A stretch of 64,000 nt of DNA from the human T2T-CHM13v2.0 reference genome, Homo sapiens. Positions 27,311 to 44,395 of the stretch are shown here, piece by piece (position 1 is the stretch's first letter; every line of letters begins with the position of its first letter). Made by a program: the position numbers and the translations under genes. The DNA lies in assembly GCF_009914755.1 (NCBI RefSeq), contig NC_060934.1; one strand, 5' to 3'. Below the pieces are notes generated by a model that saw only the letters and a list, made by a program, of their open reading frames with translations, was not told where the DNA came from and ran no database searches.

Positions 27311-28921
27311 CAGCACCGATCTTTTATGGGCATTATCCCTCTTTTACCAAAAGGGAAATTGAAGCTGGGAGATGTCAGTAATGCGCTCAGGGGCAAAGGA
27401 TAATATAACCCCTAGCCTGAAAACACCAGCCCTAGAAGACACCAGTAACCATCTCGCCAGCTTTAAAGAAGAAATGGCAGGTACACAGTGTAATTCTCCC
27501 AGGCCTCCAGGTGCCCTGAGGGAAGATTCACAACCAATTGAGGGAAAATCCACCCAACTGTGACCCAAGTTAGAACTTGCCTCCAGAGTTACCAACACCC
27601 CTAAATCTAGTGAAAGGGAACCACAGGGTCTTTAATAATCACTCTGTCAGGTCACGGGATGGTGACTAATGGGCCTAGAGGAGGAGATGGTGAAAAACAC
27701 TCTAGGAAATAAATTTGGGTGATTAAATTTCAAGGCAGTTCATGGAACAGCAATCTGAGGCCTAAACTAAGCCATCAAGTTACCAAGAGAATCAAGATTT
27801 CAATTTAACCGCTGCTGCCCAGGAACCAAGCCTGCGTCTGCAAAGTATTTGTGGGTTAGAAGTAGGTACCCTCCAGAACTTTCTGAGTAACTCTGGCACC
27901 TTCCTAACCTCAGCCATTCCTCCCAAAGGGCCAACTAGCAATAAGTCAAAGAATGCGTGTGTTTCTCCGGTTGTTTCATAATTCCAGGTCTTTAAGTAAA
28001 AAGAAAAATCATGGCTCACCGAGTAAGGGAGGTACGGGTTGTGGGAGGGCCTTCTATCAGGCGCAGGCCAGAGCCATACACAAATCTTTGAGAGACTCTC
28101 AGTTTACTAAACTAACAGGAGAGCCCAAATTCCTCCAATTCCCTGCTATTTCAATTGAATGCTATGTTCTCTGATTGGACCTTATCCCCAAACAGTCATG
28201 GTCTAATGTCTGGGGCATAATCCCCCCTCCAACTGAATCACACCCCAGGTGCTGTTAAGCTTTGCAGGTGAACACAACCCAGGCTCTAAGGTAAGAACCC
28301 TAGGTCTGATTCCCCATCAGATACTCTCCATGCTCACTGTTTATAGTCCCTGGGGCATCACTACTTTAACTTGTTTATGTCTTTTTGAGTAAAGTCAGTG
28401 TGGGGAGAGCTGGAGACGGTGGCAGGCCTCTGTAATGGAAGAACCCAGGCTGGAAGAGCTTAGCAACTGCAGCTGCTCCCATCTCTCTCTGTTTCTCAAT
28501 CTCTTCCTCTCTCGAGATTTCACCTCTCTCTGCCCTGGCTCCACCAGCTGTTTCCTGCAAATCCAGCTGAGACAGCTGCTGGCCCCACCATGCTAAATTT
28601 CCAGGGGCCCTGGAACCCCTTGGCTGTCTCGGCCCAAATGTGGGCAAATCTCAGGCGTCCAGACAAGGCTGAGATTGTTCAAAAAGCACTTCGCTAGGAA
28701 ACTGGGGGGAACGCCAAAAAAGTAAATTACAAAGGCAGAGAAACAGACAACTTACGGAACACAGATTCCTTCCCCAGCATAATTCAAGTCTAGACCCAGA
28801 ATAGTTTGTTGCAAGAACAAGAGGCTAAGAAGGGTAGGAAGAAAAGGTACAGGTTTTTGACCCCTTGCTCCTCATTCTTCCTCAATTCATTAGGGCTTGG
28901 AGTTTAGCCTGAGATAGAGGT

Positions 28922-29350
28922 TGTTCTGGGAAAGGGCCATATGTGCAAAGTGGCCCCCAAATGCTGAAGGAGCTGAGAAACAAAGAACGAGGCAAACAAA
29001 TCCAATTTGTCAGTAAAGGGTGTTTTATTGGGGGGAACTTACAGAGAGAAGCATGGTCTTGCATGGATGCAAGATAGGTAGATTTCTGCACTGTTACTCC
29101 CCAGACCCATGGCTTATATACCATAGAGAAAGGGTGCACACACTCCAGCAGGACAATGCAAGGCAACCCTCCGGAAGAGGCAAGAATGCTACATGCGTCA
29201 TAGCCTATAATTTGTGCGATAACATCAGGGTTGCTTTGTTCTTACACTAGAGACAAACAAGGTAGGAATCAGGAGGCACTCAGGACTGGGGCTACTCATA
29301 AGTTAACATGGCGGGTTAGCATCCGCGATGGAGTCGCTCTTGTCTCCACA
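28922..29350 (-). mobile_element. ERV1-class solo LTR (LTR15/MER4-group-like; subfamily uncertain)
   Basis: Minus strand begins TGTGGAGACAAGAGCGACTCCATC; minus-strand TATA (cttatata ~29112) precedes AATAAA (ttttattg ~29023); flanks gaggt/gcggt resemble a TSD. Confidence 0.75.
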
Positions 29351-29560
29351 GCGGTTAACACCATTGCCATGTCTCATTGAGTTCTCGGCTTTCAGAACAA
29401 TGCCACCCAGGCTCCTGTCTGAATCTGGCTCCCAAATCTAGGCTGTGCTATGTCTGCTCTGCCCCCTAGTTGGGGCTCCTGACCTGGCCCCTGAACGAGG
29501 AATGCACTCCTCTGCCGACCTTCTTATGCCGGTTCCGGGGTGCCCCTTCCAGAGAGCTCA

Positions 29561-29935
<375 letters not shown>

Positions 29936-31789
29936 GCTAAGATCTTGGTCTCTTGGTAGCTTTAGGTGCTGGGACTCTTGGGTTGATGTCTGTCTGGCAG
30001 GATGGTGGTGAAGCTATTACTCCAGAAGCCTTTCCTTCTGAGCTCCCAGCCCTAGCAATCCCTCTTAGGTCCCCTGTTCCCCACCATTTAGATGCCAGCC
30101 CACATGACCTTCCTATATTCCACTGCTACACTGGAGCTAACAAGCACAAATACGTATCAACTATCACCAAGAATTGAGAAACTGTTCTCTCAGAGCACCT
30201 CCAGAAGAAGTGAGCTAAATGCTAGATGATGCCTCCAATTCCCATCTCTAGATGTAGGTTCAACAGAGTTCCACTTCCACATGTTCCATCATTTATTGGA
30301 AATTTCCATCAGGCTCATTCATCAGCGCCTTAGCATCCATTACCCAACTTGCCCCCAAGCTAACGTGTCAGCCTACTATTGCCAGGTAGCTGGAATCCAT
30401 TGGTCCAACCATGGGCTTTGGGGTTCAAATTCTGGTCCTGTCATCTATTAGCTGGAAGACCTGAGTTAAGTCGTTTAACTGGAACTGCTTTTTCTGTGAC
30501 ATTGGAAGGAGTGTTTTGTAGCTCCCTCTCATGGTTGATAGGAGGAACTAATAAAATTGCATCTGTAAACCATCTAGCATTTTGCCTGACATATAGTAAG
30601 AATGTTAAAATTAATATAGATATACAGATATACTCCCTTTCCTATGCAAACTGGTGCTCTATACCAGCTCTCCAATATCCTTCGGTGACACCATCATTTC
30701 TAGAAAAGTAGATTATCTTGGATCCATGTGACAGACTTCATTCACATCATAAATTAATAAATTCACTTTCTGGTTTTAGGCATTAGTCTCTCAAGCCTGA
30801 TCAATATGCTTTTGCCACTAGGACAAGGATCTGTTTCTGGTTGGGCAGAAAATGAGTTTTCTGCACCCAAAAGGCTGAGGGTCAGAGAAAATTATCCCAG
30901 TCTATGGCTGTTCCCGGAGAAAACTCCCAGGAGACAGCATGCTCATCACCCCCACAACTGGTCACCTCTATATCAGATACCCCTGGATTTGCCATCTCTC
31001 TTTCCATTTGGAACTGTTCTACGCTGGGCTCAGAGTTTCACATCTAGTAGGTGTTTAGGACCTATTTGTTTTGTCAGTGTGTGAGTGGGTGGGTGGATGG
31101 TTGAGTGGGTCACCGGAAATTCGTACCTCTTTTTGAGGCAGGGAAGGAGCAGTGGTGGCCTAGCAACCAGGGAATCTGCCTAGCAACGAGGGTGGGAGGC
31201 AGAGGCTGCTGGAATAGTTTAGAATGGCTAACAAATAGGCAGATGTAAAAGAGACCTTTCTGGATCTTGTCAAGTTGGGGTCTCAGGCCAAAAGGAGAAA
31301 GGAGACCCACAGGGATCAGGAAAGAAGTGTGGGAGGAAGGGCTGTATTTGAAAATGTTACAAACTCAAACTGGAAAAAGCCTCACGCCTTTTCTACATGT
31401 GCTCAAGCAGAAGGCACCCCTCCCCATTCTCACCCCGAGGAAGGTGATACCTCAGAGTAGACACATTTGAAGAGCATACCACCTTTTCTGCACTCCAATT
31501 TGCAAGGGTACAACATTTTAACATGTTCTATCAAGTCTGGAATTTTTATCAACTCAGAAAGCTACAACCCCCTGGAAAGGATGAAGACCTATATTCGCTT
31601 AAAATGAACCCAGAGGCAGATTAAGCGACTTTCCAATACGGTCTGTCTAGGGCAAAGGAACCATTAGGAACTCGGGACTGGTCTGACTTGAATTGTTTCC
31701 CTCTCTCCTTCCTTTCCACCCCGTCACAGGACAGGGCTTGGACATCCCCTCCTGTGAACTCTCAAGACCCTCCCCTGAAGAGAGGAAAA

Positions 31790-31960
31790 ATTGTCATCAG
31801 CCTTTGACCTGATTAATAATTAAAACTGCTGAGTTTGAACTGCCCCTAACAGTGAGGTGCTCCAAAACCCCAGCAAACTTTAACAAATAACCAGCTTGCT
31901 CAGGGGAGAGAGGAAGCTTTATTCACTAGACAAACTGACAATTAGCTGCTATTCAAATCC
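31790..31960. promoter_or_regulatory. Candidate conserved non-coding element
   Basis: TGATTAATAATTAA, TGACAATTAG and AACAAAT in unique sequence. Confidence 0.35.
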
Positions 31961-32959
31961 CCCTCTAGTCCTAGCATATTGGTTCTCCTTTGAAAGTGGC
32001 TCGGCATGGGGTAGAATTTTTGGCCTTGAGTTTAGAACTACTGTGCATAAAATCAAAGCAAGGAAGCCAGCAGTTGAGAGAATAGAGGCTATTTGGGGAT
32101 TAGTGATTTCGGAGTTAGATTTCTAATAACTTGGTGAGTGGTGGGTTAGGAATGTCCTCCAGGAGCATCAGGCAGTCAACACTGTGGGACATGTCCTCAC
32201 ATTGAACTGGAAAGCAGTGAGTCACTACCCTAGAGAGCGGAAATACAAAATGGCATGAAATAACTGCAACCGCAGCACCACATGGTAATCTGCCTTTTGT
32301 AACCTCTGCAGGCTACATCGCATGCTTACAACTTGGGGTTATGTGTGAAGCCCCAAGTTTGGCTCAAAGTTTTCTCCCCAAATAGCCACAAATATGGGCA
32401 CCCCCACATTAGAGAACACATTAATGGAGAACAAAGGGAGGAGAGTGGATAAGATGGGAGAGGAGAGAAGGAGGGGGCAGGCATTCAAACTGCTCATTTT
32501 CCCCTAGGAAGCATAAGGCCCAGCCACTACGGTGGATGAGCAAAGCAAATTGGTAATGGGTGATCCAGATTGCATCGCAGAGTCTTGCCTGCTTTCCAGG
32601 CACTTACTAAACTTTATAACTCTTTTGGGGGTAAGGCACATAAACCCAGGGTTTCTCATTGACCAGTCGGGGAGAGGGAGTCTGAGCTCGCTGGTCCAGG
32701 TCTGTTGCTTTTCCACAATACTGTAGTCCATCAAGATTTTTTTTAATGCGTTTTTTAAAGGAGGGCTGGAAAATGATGATATGAGCAGCAGCTGCTGTAG
32801 ATTCCAGATTGCAATAGCCCAGCCTAGAAAGCACTAGAAAACTCAGTGTTTCAGAGATGGAGAAGGCATAAGACAGAGGTCCACAGATGGATGGCTGCTT
32901 ATCCTAGGCACCCTGATGTGGAGGGGGGAATTCTGTGTGGAAAAGTTTACCTTTATCCT

Positions 32960-34000
<1,041 letters not shown>

Positions 34001-34149
34001 TTACTGGACCACTTATTTATAAACAAAACAACCTGGACTCAAAGACAGTAGGGACCATGTCTGTCTTCTTCACTGCTGTATCTCCAGAGCTTGTTGCAAA
34101 GTAGGTACTCAGTAAATATATTTGGAATGGATAAAAGAATATTGATGAA

Positions 34150-35230
34150 AATGTCAACTTTTCCAAAATTAATGGACACATTTGATACAATTCTAATTAG
34201 ATAACAAAAAAGTTTTGATTTGGAGGAAAAATTAAATAAAATCATCCTAAAATTATATAGAAGGATAAATGCTTTAGAATGGCAAAAAATATGTTAAAAA
34301 AAGAAACATAAAGGGTGAGACTTGTCTTCCTAGACAACAGAATGTACTATAAAACCACCGTAATTAAATCAATTTGGTATTGGCATGGGAATAGATAAAT
34401 GGATCACTGGAATAAAATAGAGAACCCAGAAATAGACCAAGTATATACATGAAAATTTACTATATGACATACTTCGTGTTTCAATTCCATGAAAGAATGG
34501 ATTATTTAATAAATGGCACCAAGACAACTTCCATCTGGAAGAAAATAAAATGGGACTCCTATTTTATACCACATACAAATATAAACTCCATATAGATTAA
34601 AAACAAATGTAAAAAATAAGACAATAACAACTTGGAAATTTAGGAGGCTACATGTTCAATATGGAGGCAGGAAGGGAGGTGCTTTGTAAACCAAGACTGG
34701 AAATCCAGAAGCTATAAAAGAAAATATAGACACATTTTATTTTACCTTATAACAATTAAAAAACACTTTTGTATGGCAAAAGATAAAACAAAGTCAGTAG
34801 ACAAACAACAGATTTGGGAGAAAATATTTGTAATGTATAGGACAGATGATTTTTTAAAAATAAAAAGATTTTATAAACGGACAAAAGGGATACAAATAAT
34901 AGAAAAATAGGCAAAGGGCATCAACAGACACCTCACAAAAGAGCATATTTAAATGGTCAACACACATAGGGAAAGAAGCTCAAAATTATTAGTATTCAGA
35001 GAGATGCAAATTAAAATACAATGAGATATTATTTTATACCTTTTAGACTAGCAAAAATTAAAATGAGGGTAATTTCCATTGCTGACAGGGATAGAAGGAA
35101 AACAGTTTTTACACTGCTGGTAGAAATGCAAATTTCCACAACCCTCTATAATCTGGAAACATCTTTAGAAATTGAAAATATATATTCCCTTTGACCCATC
35201 AATCACACTCTTATATCCCATAGAAGAGCA
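34150..35230 (+). mobile_element. Old L1M ORF2 3' region fragment
   Basis: A-rich with degenerate ORF2 motifs (tggtattggcat...atagataaatggatcactggaataaaatagagaacccagaaatagacc; atgcaaattaaaatacaatgagata). Confidence 0.8.
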
Positions 35231-35255
35231 AATGCCAAGAGATTATACATACATA

Positions 35256-35258
<3 letters not shown>

Positions 35259-35311
<53 letters not shown>
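35259..35311. repeat. (CA)n microsatellite
   Basis: About 26 perfect units. Confidence 0.97.
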
Positions 35312-35315
<4 letters not shown>

Positions 35316-35402
35316 TATTAGGATTGTTTGTACTGGCCATTCTTCTCCCCATCCCTGAGGAAAAAAGACAGAAACAAATTAAAACCCAGTAATAGGCACC
35401 GA

Positions 35403-35583
35403 GTGGTATGCTAGTTAAAACCAGGAAAAAGCCCTGGTTTGCAGTGTTTGCAGATTTCTATGATGTGAATATTCCCGTCATGCCTCATTTCAAGCTACCA
35501 GCCTGATGTCACTGAGTGCCAGGTTGGAAAGAAATGTGAACAATCAGCTCCAGAAATCCAGGAGCTCCAGCTGAGCCACACCT
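35403..35583. mobile_element. MER63-like hAT-Blackjack DNA transposon relic
   Basis: Characteristic agtgtttgcagatttctatgatgtgaatattccc...tttcaagctacca...atgtcactgag segment. Confidence 0.7.
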
Positions 35584-35636
35584 TGAATAAGTTATATATA
35601 GCACAGCCACACCTCTGGCTATTAAAAAGAATGACG

Positions 35637-35935
35637 GGCCAGACATGGTGGCTCACACCTGTAATCCAAGCACCTTGGGAGGCTGACGCAGGCTGATTGC
35701 TTGAGTACAGGAGTTCAAGACCAGCCTGGGCAACATGACAAAACCCCATCTCTATAAAAAAAAATACAAAGAATTAGCCAGGCATGGTGGCTTGTGCTTG
35801 TAGTCCCAGCTACTCAGGAGGCTGAGGTAGGAGGATCACCTGAACCTGGGAGGTCAAGGCCACAGTGAGCCAAGATCTTGTCCCTCCACTCCAGCCTGGG
35901 CGACAGAGTGAGACTCCATCTCAAAAAAAAAAAAG
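35637..35935 (+). mobile_element. Alu
   Basis: Full length; TSD aaaaagaatga. Confidence 0.92.
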
Positions 35936-36359
35936 AATGAGATTGTATTGCAGAAGTTTGCTTGGTAGATTTCCAAGGTATTGTTGAGGGAAAAAAAAAA
36001 GCAAGTGGCAGAAAAGTGTATAATATCATATAATCATATTTTTTGAAATATATATAGACAAAAAAATCTATATATGTATGTGTGCATTCTATTTGCATAT
36101 GATTGTATGACTTTGAGAAGATGGGGAGGAGGAAGCCAAGCAAAAAGAGGAAGTAAAAAGGGCACATTTATGCATTATACATATGTATATAGAAGTAAGA
36201 TTCTTTTTAACCAAAAAAAGAAAGAAAAATATATTGAGCCCTTGAAACATGCCCTGTTCTGTATCAGCTGCTTGGGAATATAGGAACACGTGAGACATGG
36301 TTTCATTCTTACATCTAGCTGAAAATATAAAAGCAAATGATCACAGGATTATTTACATA

Positions 36360-36655
36360 TTTATTTATTTGAGACAGAATCTCACTCTGTCACCCAGCCT
36401 GGAGTGCAGTGGCTCAGTCTCAGCTCACTGCAACCTCTGCCTCCTGGGCTTGATTGAGCAATCCTCTCACTTCAGCCTCCAAAGTAGCTGGGACTACTGG
36501 CGTGTGCCACTATGCCCGGCTAGTTTTTGTAGCTTTAGTAGAGACGGGGTTTCTCCATGTTGGTCAGGCTGGTCTCAAACTCCTGGACTCAAGTGATCCA
36601 CCCGCCTCAGCTTCCCAAAATGCTGGGATTACAGGCGTGAGCCACCGCACCCAGA
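36360..36655 (-). mobile_element. Alu
   Basis: Antisense dimeric Alu. Confidence 0.9.
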
Positions 36656-37677
36656 CCACAGGGTAATTTATTATCTCCAAGTAGGTGTGAAATAAATGCC
36701 ACAATGGAAGGACAAGCAAAATAATAGAAGGGCTGGGGTTTTCGTTGTTGTAGTTGTTTTTTAAATAAGCCCCAAGGATCCTCCTCCACCCAAGCTTGCT
36801 GCCAAGTCTAGATCTCCTTCACCTTCTTGCAGTGGGTCCTGGAACCAGCCTGCTTTCCTCTCCTTGGGGAGGTACCTTTGCCAGCCTCCCCAGCTCCTCC
36901 TTTCTTGCTGCTCCCCAAAGACAAATACATTTTATTTTAAAGCTTTTATTGCTTTGCTGCTACTGATTTACTGCTAATCACCATGGAAACAGACGTGGAA
37001 AATATAAACAACACGATTGAGGAAGCCACACATAATCAAGAATCTTACAGGTGTAACAAGGTTTGGTTCCCCCGCCTGCCTCTTGACTCCTTTATTTTTG
37101 GTTTGTCTTTTTTTCTTTCTTTTTAAATTTTTTTTGCAGTTCTCCCATCTGTGCCATCGACTCCTTTCTGAAATGGTTACTGGAAGCCCTCACTGGGTGC
37201 TACCCTCCCTTTCAACTCTCTCTCCTTTCTCTCTCCCTCTCTCCCTCCCTCCCTCTCTCTCTCCTTGGGTAGCCAACTATCCATCAAGCAAGACCCACTC
37301 AGAGTGGCCATCAGCTTTACATTGGGGAGGGGGCCTCTCACCTCACAGGAGTTCTGTTCTCCCAGGCCTCTCTTTTATTGGGTTTTCATCTCTGTATAAC
37401 ACATTAACAAATAGGCCAGACAGGTAATCTGTGTGTCTCCAAACCAAGGATTAGCTAAAGCCCAGTAAATCCCAGTTGGCCCCAGCAGCCTTTGTCTTCA
37501 GGAAGCACCAGCCCCTGATGAATTCTCCACTCAGAGAAGTCCCCTCAGCCCATCAAAGTCCCCCATCACCACCTGATACCCCTCCTCTCCAAACATTGTA
37601 GTCTCCTTGCTGCCAACTGGCCACTTTTTGTCCGGCTCTGTGTTCCAGTGAGCATCCTCCGCCCGGGAAAGGCTAGC

Positions 37678-37985
<308 letters not shown>

Positions 37986-38099
37986 AAGCTGGCTTTTATG
38001 CTGGTACCATTGCTACCTCCCATTTAAACACAGCTTATGAAAACTCACTGTGCTCAATATCTTTAAATGATTGTATCTACATTTCATTTACTTATGTAT

Positions 38100-38402
38100 G
38101 TATTTATTTATTTATTTTAGAAACAGAATCTCTGTCACCCAGGCTGGAGTGTAGTGGTACAATCATAGCTCACTGCAGCCTCAAACTCCTGAGTTCAAGC
38201 AATCCTCCTACCTCAGCCTTCCAAGTAACTAGGGCTATAGGAGCATGCCGTCATGCCCAGCTAATTTTTTTTTTTTTTTTGGTAGAGAAGGAAGTCTTGA
38301 TATGTTGCCCAGGCTGATCTCGAACTCCTGGCCTCAAGTAATCTTCCCATTTCTGCCTCCCAAAGTGCTGGGATTACAGGCACGAGCCACCATGCCCGGC
38401 CC
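38100..38402 (-). mobile_element. Alu (AluJ-like)
   Basis: Antisense dimeric Alu. Confidence 0.9.
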
Positions 38403-38984
38403 CACGTCCACATTTTATATTGACCCAGCTTGCCAGAATATTTACATAAAGCTCTGAATCACACAAGAAGACAGCCCAGAGGGTCTGTTTACATAGGAAA
38501 AAGAGCTGATGATTTATTAGAGGGTCTGAGGTAATGTCAATTCCAGGGGGTCAGCTGGAAAAGAGAAAAATAGGGGTTGGAATCTTAATAGTCAGATGAA
38601 TGTCAAGCAAGCCCCATCTGACAAGGGGAACACAGGTCAGAGGTGGCAGCAGCAGGACAGAGGAATCAAAGGAAACTGCAGTGAATCAAGGGTGAAGCTT
38701 CAGACTGGGCAGCAATATCTCAGTAGCCTACACCGAGGTGAGACCACACACAACCATACAACTGACGAGTGACATTCTTGGACAAGGCCTAACTGTCCAC
38801 TGCCTGCACTTTATATTTTATGTTGTTTTTAACCTTCATTGTTTTCCTGATTACAAAAATAACTCATACTCATTGTGAAAATGTCAAAAGTTACAGAAAC
38901 ATATAAGGTAGATGTTAAAATCCTGTCTTTCAGAGATATAACCACTTTTAAGTTGAGGTGTATTTATCCAGATTGCTTTCCCTG

Positions 38985-39120
38985 CATATATGAATATTTA
39001 ATAGATATAAATATATATGTAAAGTTTACAAAATTTATTTTTATAATAAAATTAAAAATGTAAATATAATATAAAAATATAATATAAATTTTGAAATTTA
39101 TATAAAATATTTTTATAAAA
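38985..39120. repeat. AT-rich low-complexity tract
   Basis: Almost pure A/T (tataaaat-type units). Confidence 0.8.
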
Positions 39121-40353
39121 TCATAGCCAGACTTAGAACTTAAGCAACCCTAAGCCTAAAAATGGTTACTCTGTCCCCTGGCCCTACACATGTATAATTC
39201 AAAATTAAAATACTAAACAAAAAAAAAATAAGCAAAAAGTCAAAGTTTTAATTTTTTCTTTAATATTTATTTCAGTATTTTTTAAATGTATTCTTTCAAA
39301 AAGTTGTGGGGTTTTTTAGGTTTTTGTGTCTGGTTTTTTTTTTTTTTTTTTGTCTTTTGCTTTCTTGGTGCCCCAAGCATATACCTGATTTGCAAATTAG
39401 ATAATCTAACAATTCATACAGTACATATTACACATTGTCTTGCAACTTTTTTTTTCTTTCACATAAGATATATTTGGGGATCTGTCTATGTCTGTATCTA
39501 AGCATGACTGTGCCTGGCAGGCGTGTGAGCTCCTCTCCAGAGAAAAACAGAGTCTTTCAAATGCTGGTGCCTGTAGCCAAGGGTTAGGATCTTGGAGGAA
39601 TTTTTCATGGCTTTAATAAATTAGTGTTACAACCACTAACTGGCAAGGAAGGTTTCTCCAGATTCAGAATTGAGTTCACAAGCAACTGAACTGCCTTCAA
39701 ATCTTTATGGGAGGAGGTGAGATATAAATGAACTCATTCATTTATTTACATGTAGTTCAACTCAGGAGCAATGAATGTTCTCTTCATAATTAGGAGAGTG
39801 TGATGTGAATCCATTGGTGAGAAAAAATAATAATATTTAGGAGTGAAGGTAAAAATCATCAAAGTTTCATTAGTACAAGTTTTTCCTTTGTCTTAACTCT
39901 GTTAGAGAGAGAATGTAGAATTGGACTGTGTCGTAAATTGGTTATTTAACTATTACTTAAATATAGTACTTTTGTCTCTGATTTCTAATTGTATTGCATT
40001 GTAGACAGAGAGTATTATTTGTGTGCTATCCATTTATTGACATCTCATTGAATCCTTCCATGGCTTAGAACAGTCATTCTTTCTAAATATTCTGCATGTG
40101 CATGAAAAGAGCGTATATTAATACTGCAATTTTGTCCACCATCCTGAGTAAAAGAAAAAAGCAGAAGACTAAAGCCCATATTCTTATTTGAAATTAGCAT
40201 TGAGAGATATGCTTTCATATATTGTAAATCCTGAAATTCACTTGGCTGAAACGCTCAAAGCCTTTTGCAGAAAAGAAAAATTTTTAATTATAAATGGTTT
40301 TTAAAACTTTCCAACAGAATAAAAGATTATAAAGTTGAAAGTAGTAATTCCTG

Positions 40354-40646
<293 letters not shown>

Positions 40647-40929
40647 GAAAGTAGTAATTCCTTGGTGCCTCCCTCAGTATTTCTCAATCTTAGAGAGCTG
40701 AGTGGGGTGAGGCACTAACAGTCTTATGTTATTTCTTTCCAGACATTTTCTATGTATATACAAGAATATGTAAGAAAACATTGCATGGCTATCCTTAAAA
40801 AGAAAACCCACATACAAATGGAATTTCACAATATGCATGTTATTGTAGACTTTGCTTTTTTCACTTTCATAATTCACTAAAATATCTCAGTTATCTTTTC
40901 ATGTCAGCACCTTTAGATCCTCTCCAGGC

Positions 40930-41316
<387 letters not shown>

Positions 41317-41865
41317 TGACTCGTTCCCAGTTTGGCTATTGCAGACAATGCTGCTTCGAAACCTTTGTTCACACATGAATTTTGCTGCTGCTTGGCCCTT
41401 TCTCAAGACCAACTGCTACCTCCCAAGTGTACCTCACCCAAAGCTCTCTTCTTCCTTCTTTGCTGCAGACCTAGGTACTGAAACTGCTTCCTCTCCTTTG
41501 GAGGTTGCCACCCATCCTCTGGGGTCCTTTCCCCTAAGCCTGGCTTAGAAACAGCATGTAGCTTCCTAAACTCCCTGCTGTGTTAATGCATCTGATGACC
41601 AGCACACAGACTCTATTAGTTGTAAGTGTTTTCTGCCATCACTCCTAGAAGCAAACGAGGAATAGCAATAACAAGTGTGGGGTGGGAAAAAGCTTACAAA
41701 ATTTTTACTTTTGTTAGTTCTTGGCTCTGGTTTCTGTCTGCCTTACAAAATAGTAAATGAAATGCCCACTTTGTAATGTTCACCAACCACATTTCTGATT
41801 CCAACATTAGGAAAAATCATATTGATTTTTTTTTTTTCCATAATATACCTTCTTCCCCAGCCTGA

Positions 41866-42374
<509 letters not shown>

Positions 42375-43651
42375 TAAAGCCAGTCCTGAGTAAGTCATGC
42401 ATAACCTCCTGGTACCTATAACATAAGGTCTGCAGAATGCATAATTTCCCAAGCCCTGTAGAGATTGGGTGGTGGGTACTGCAGAAAGAAGGGGAAGGTT
42501 TCATGAGTAAATGTAATACCAAAGCAAGTTTTGAATATGAGTGCCTCATGGGTCGGTACATCTGTGGACATCTGTTGTTTTGCCATTTGTTCTGCCGAGT
42601 TGGAGACACCCAGAATCCCCTAGGCTGATCCCTTGACTTTCCACACCTGTCCACATCTGAATTTTTCGTTTGTGATCTAAGCCAGCAGCACTCTAAGGGC
42701 CTCTAGAAACTCAGACGCGACATTTCTAGGCACGCTCCACAAAACAAAAACAAAGGACATTTTCCTGCTCCTGACTACTCAGGAAAGGTTTGTTTCTGCT
42801 CTGGTCATAAGAACACAAAGTGAGAATTTTGTGCTAGGAAGAGTTCAGAAAGAGAACACTATGAGAAAGAGCACATGAGACTCCAACATGGGAAACTAGA
42901 GATTCTGGGAAAATCTTGGAACGGATGGTTTGGGTTTATCACATGTTGGGACCTCAGACTAAAGCCTGCTTCAAGAGCAAACAGAAGAGGAAAAAGACAG
43001 ATTTGGTGAGTGACCTGGAGAGGACTGGGGTGGAAGTCCCACAGAGTGGCTCACCTAGTTCCTTAAAATGCAAAGAATGTTCTCAGGTTCATCTAATGCA
43101 ATGCATTTCTCTAATGTCTCCAGTTGTTTCTGGCTGGGAAGTAAGTGCCTGGGACGGAGGGGCTGGGGAAAGAAAGAAGAAGGAGGGCACTATTGACTAA
43201 GGCCCAAACCAGGAATAAGTGACAACTGGGATTACTCCTGGAACTTCAGTTGGGAATGTTCAAGTGCCACATAGGCTAGCTCTGTCCCTGCACCAACTGC
43301 ATCCTCTTGCCCTAGGAATCACCTTTTCAGGAAGGGGCCTTGTGTCAAAAAATCAGAGGAAGTTGGGGCTAGGCAAGCAGACAGGCTGGGGGAACTAACT
43401 CGGTTGTAAGAGCTAGCCTCCATGGAGAATGTACCACCCCAATTTCAGTGGACAGGTGTTTCAACATCCTCAGTCCTAATTCTAAAAAAGGCATTAAGAC
43501 ATCCAGGACAAGTCAACAAGGTCTTCATGCAAGCATGCCAAGTGCCTACTATGAATAAATAAAATAGTTCTTAATAATGGGTTTAATAAATAGGGATAAT
43601 CGGAATTAACCTTTATTGAGCTACTAGATATCAGACATTATTATAAGCACT

Positions 43652-44395
43652 TTAAGAGACAGAGTATTGCTCTGTCATCCAGGCTGGAGTGCAGCAGTGC
43701 GATCATAGCTCACTGCAGCCTCCAACTCCTGGGCTCAAGTGATTCCCCTACCTCAGCTGGGACTATAGGCGCACACCACCTCACCTGGCTAATTTTTAAA
43801 TTATTTTGTAAAGATGGGAGTCTCGTTTTGTTGCCCACGCTGGTCTCAAATTCCGGTCTTCAAGCGATCCTCCCATCTTGGTCTCCCAATATAAGCACTT
43901 TATATATGCTAACTGACTTAATACAAGCCATTGAGATGGGTACTATTACTATCTCCATTTTGCAAATGAAGAATCTGAAGCACAGAGAGGCTAAGTACCT
44001 TTCTGAACTGTAGCAAAAACTAAGATTCAAACCTAGGCAGTCTGGCTTCAGAGTCCACCACTCCTAACCACTCTGCTATATTGCTTTTTTTTTTTTTTTT
44101 TTTTTTTTTTTTGAGACAGCGTCTCACTGTCACCCAGGCTGGAGTGCGGTAGCGCAATCACTCACTATAGCCTTGACCTGCAGGGCTTAAGCAATCCTCC
44201 CACCTTAGCTACCCGAGTAGCTAGGACTACGGGCACGCACCACCATGCCTGGCTTTTGTTATTTTTTGTAGAGACAAAGTCTCATTATGTTGCCCAGGCT
44301 GGTCTCAAACTCTTGAGCTCAAGTGACCCTCCTGCCTCAGCCTCCCAAAGTGCTGAGATTACAGGCATGTAATTACATGGATTACGCACCCAGCC
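43652..44395 (-). mobile_element. Two antisense Alus (43652-43890, 44085-44395) in and beside a MIR
   Basis: Alu consensus segments; MIR core (ccattttgcaaatgaagaatctgaagcacagagagg) between them. Confidence 0.85.
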
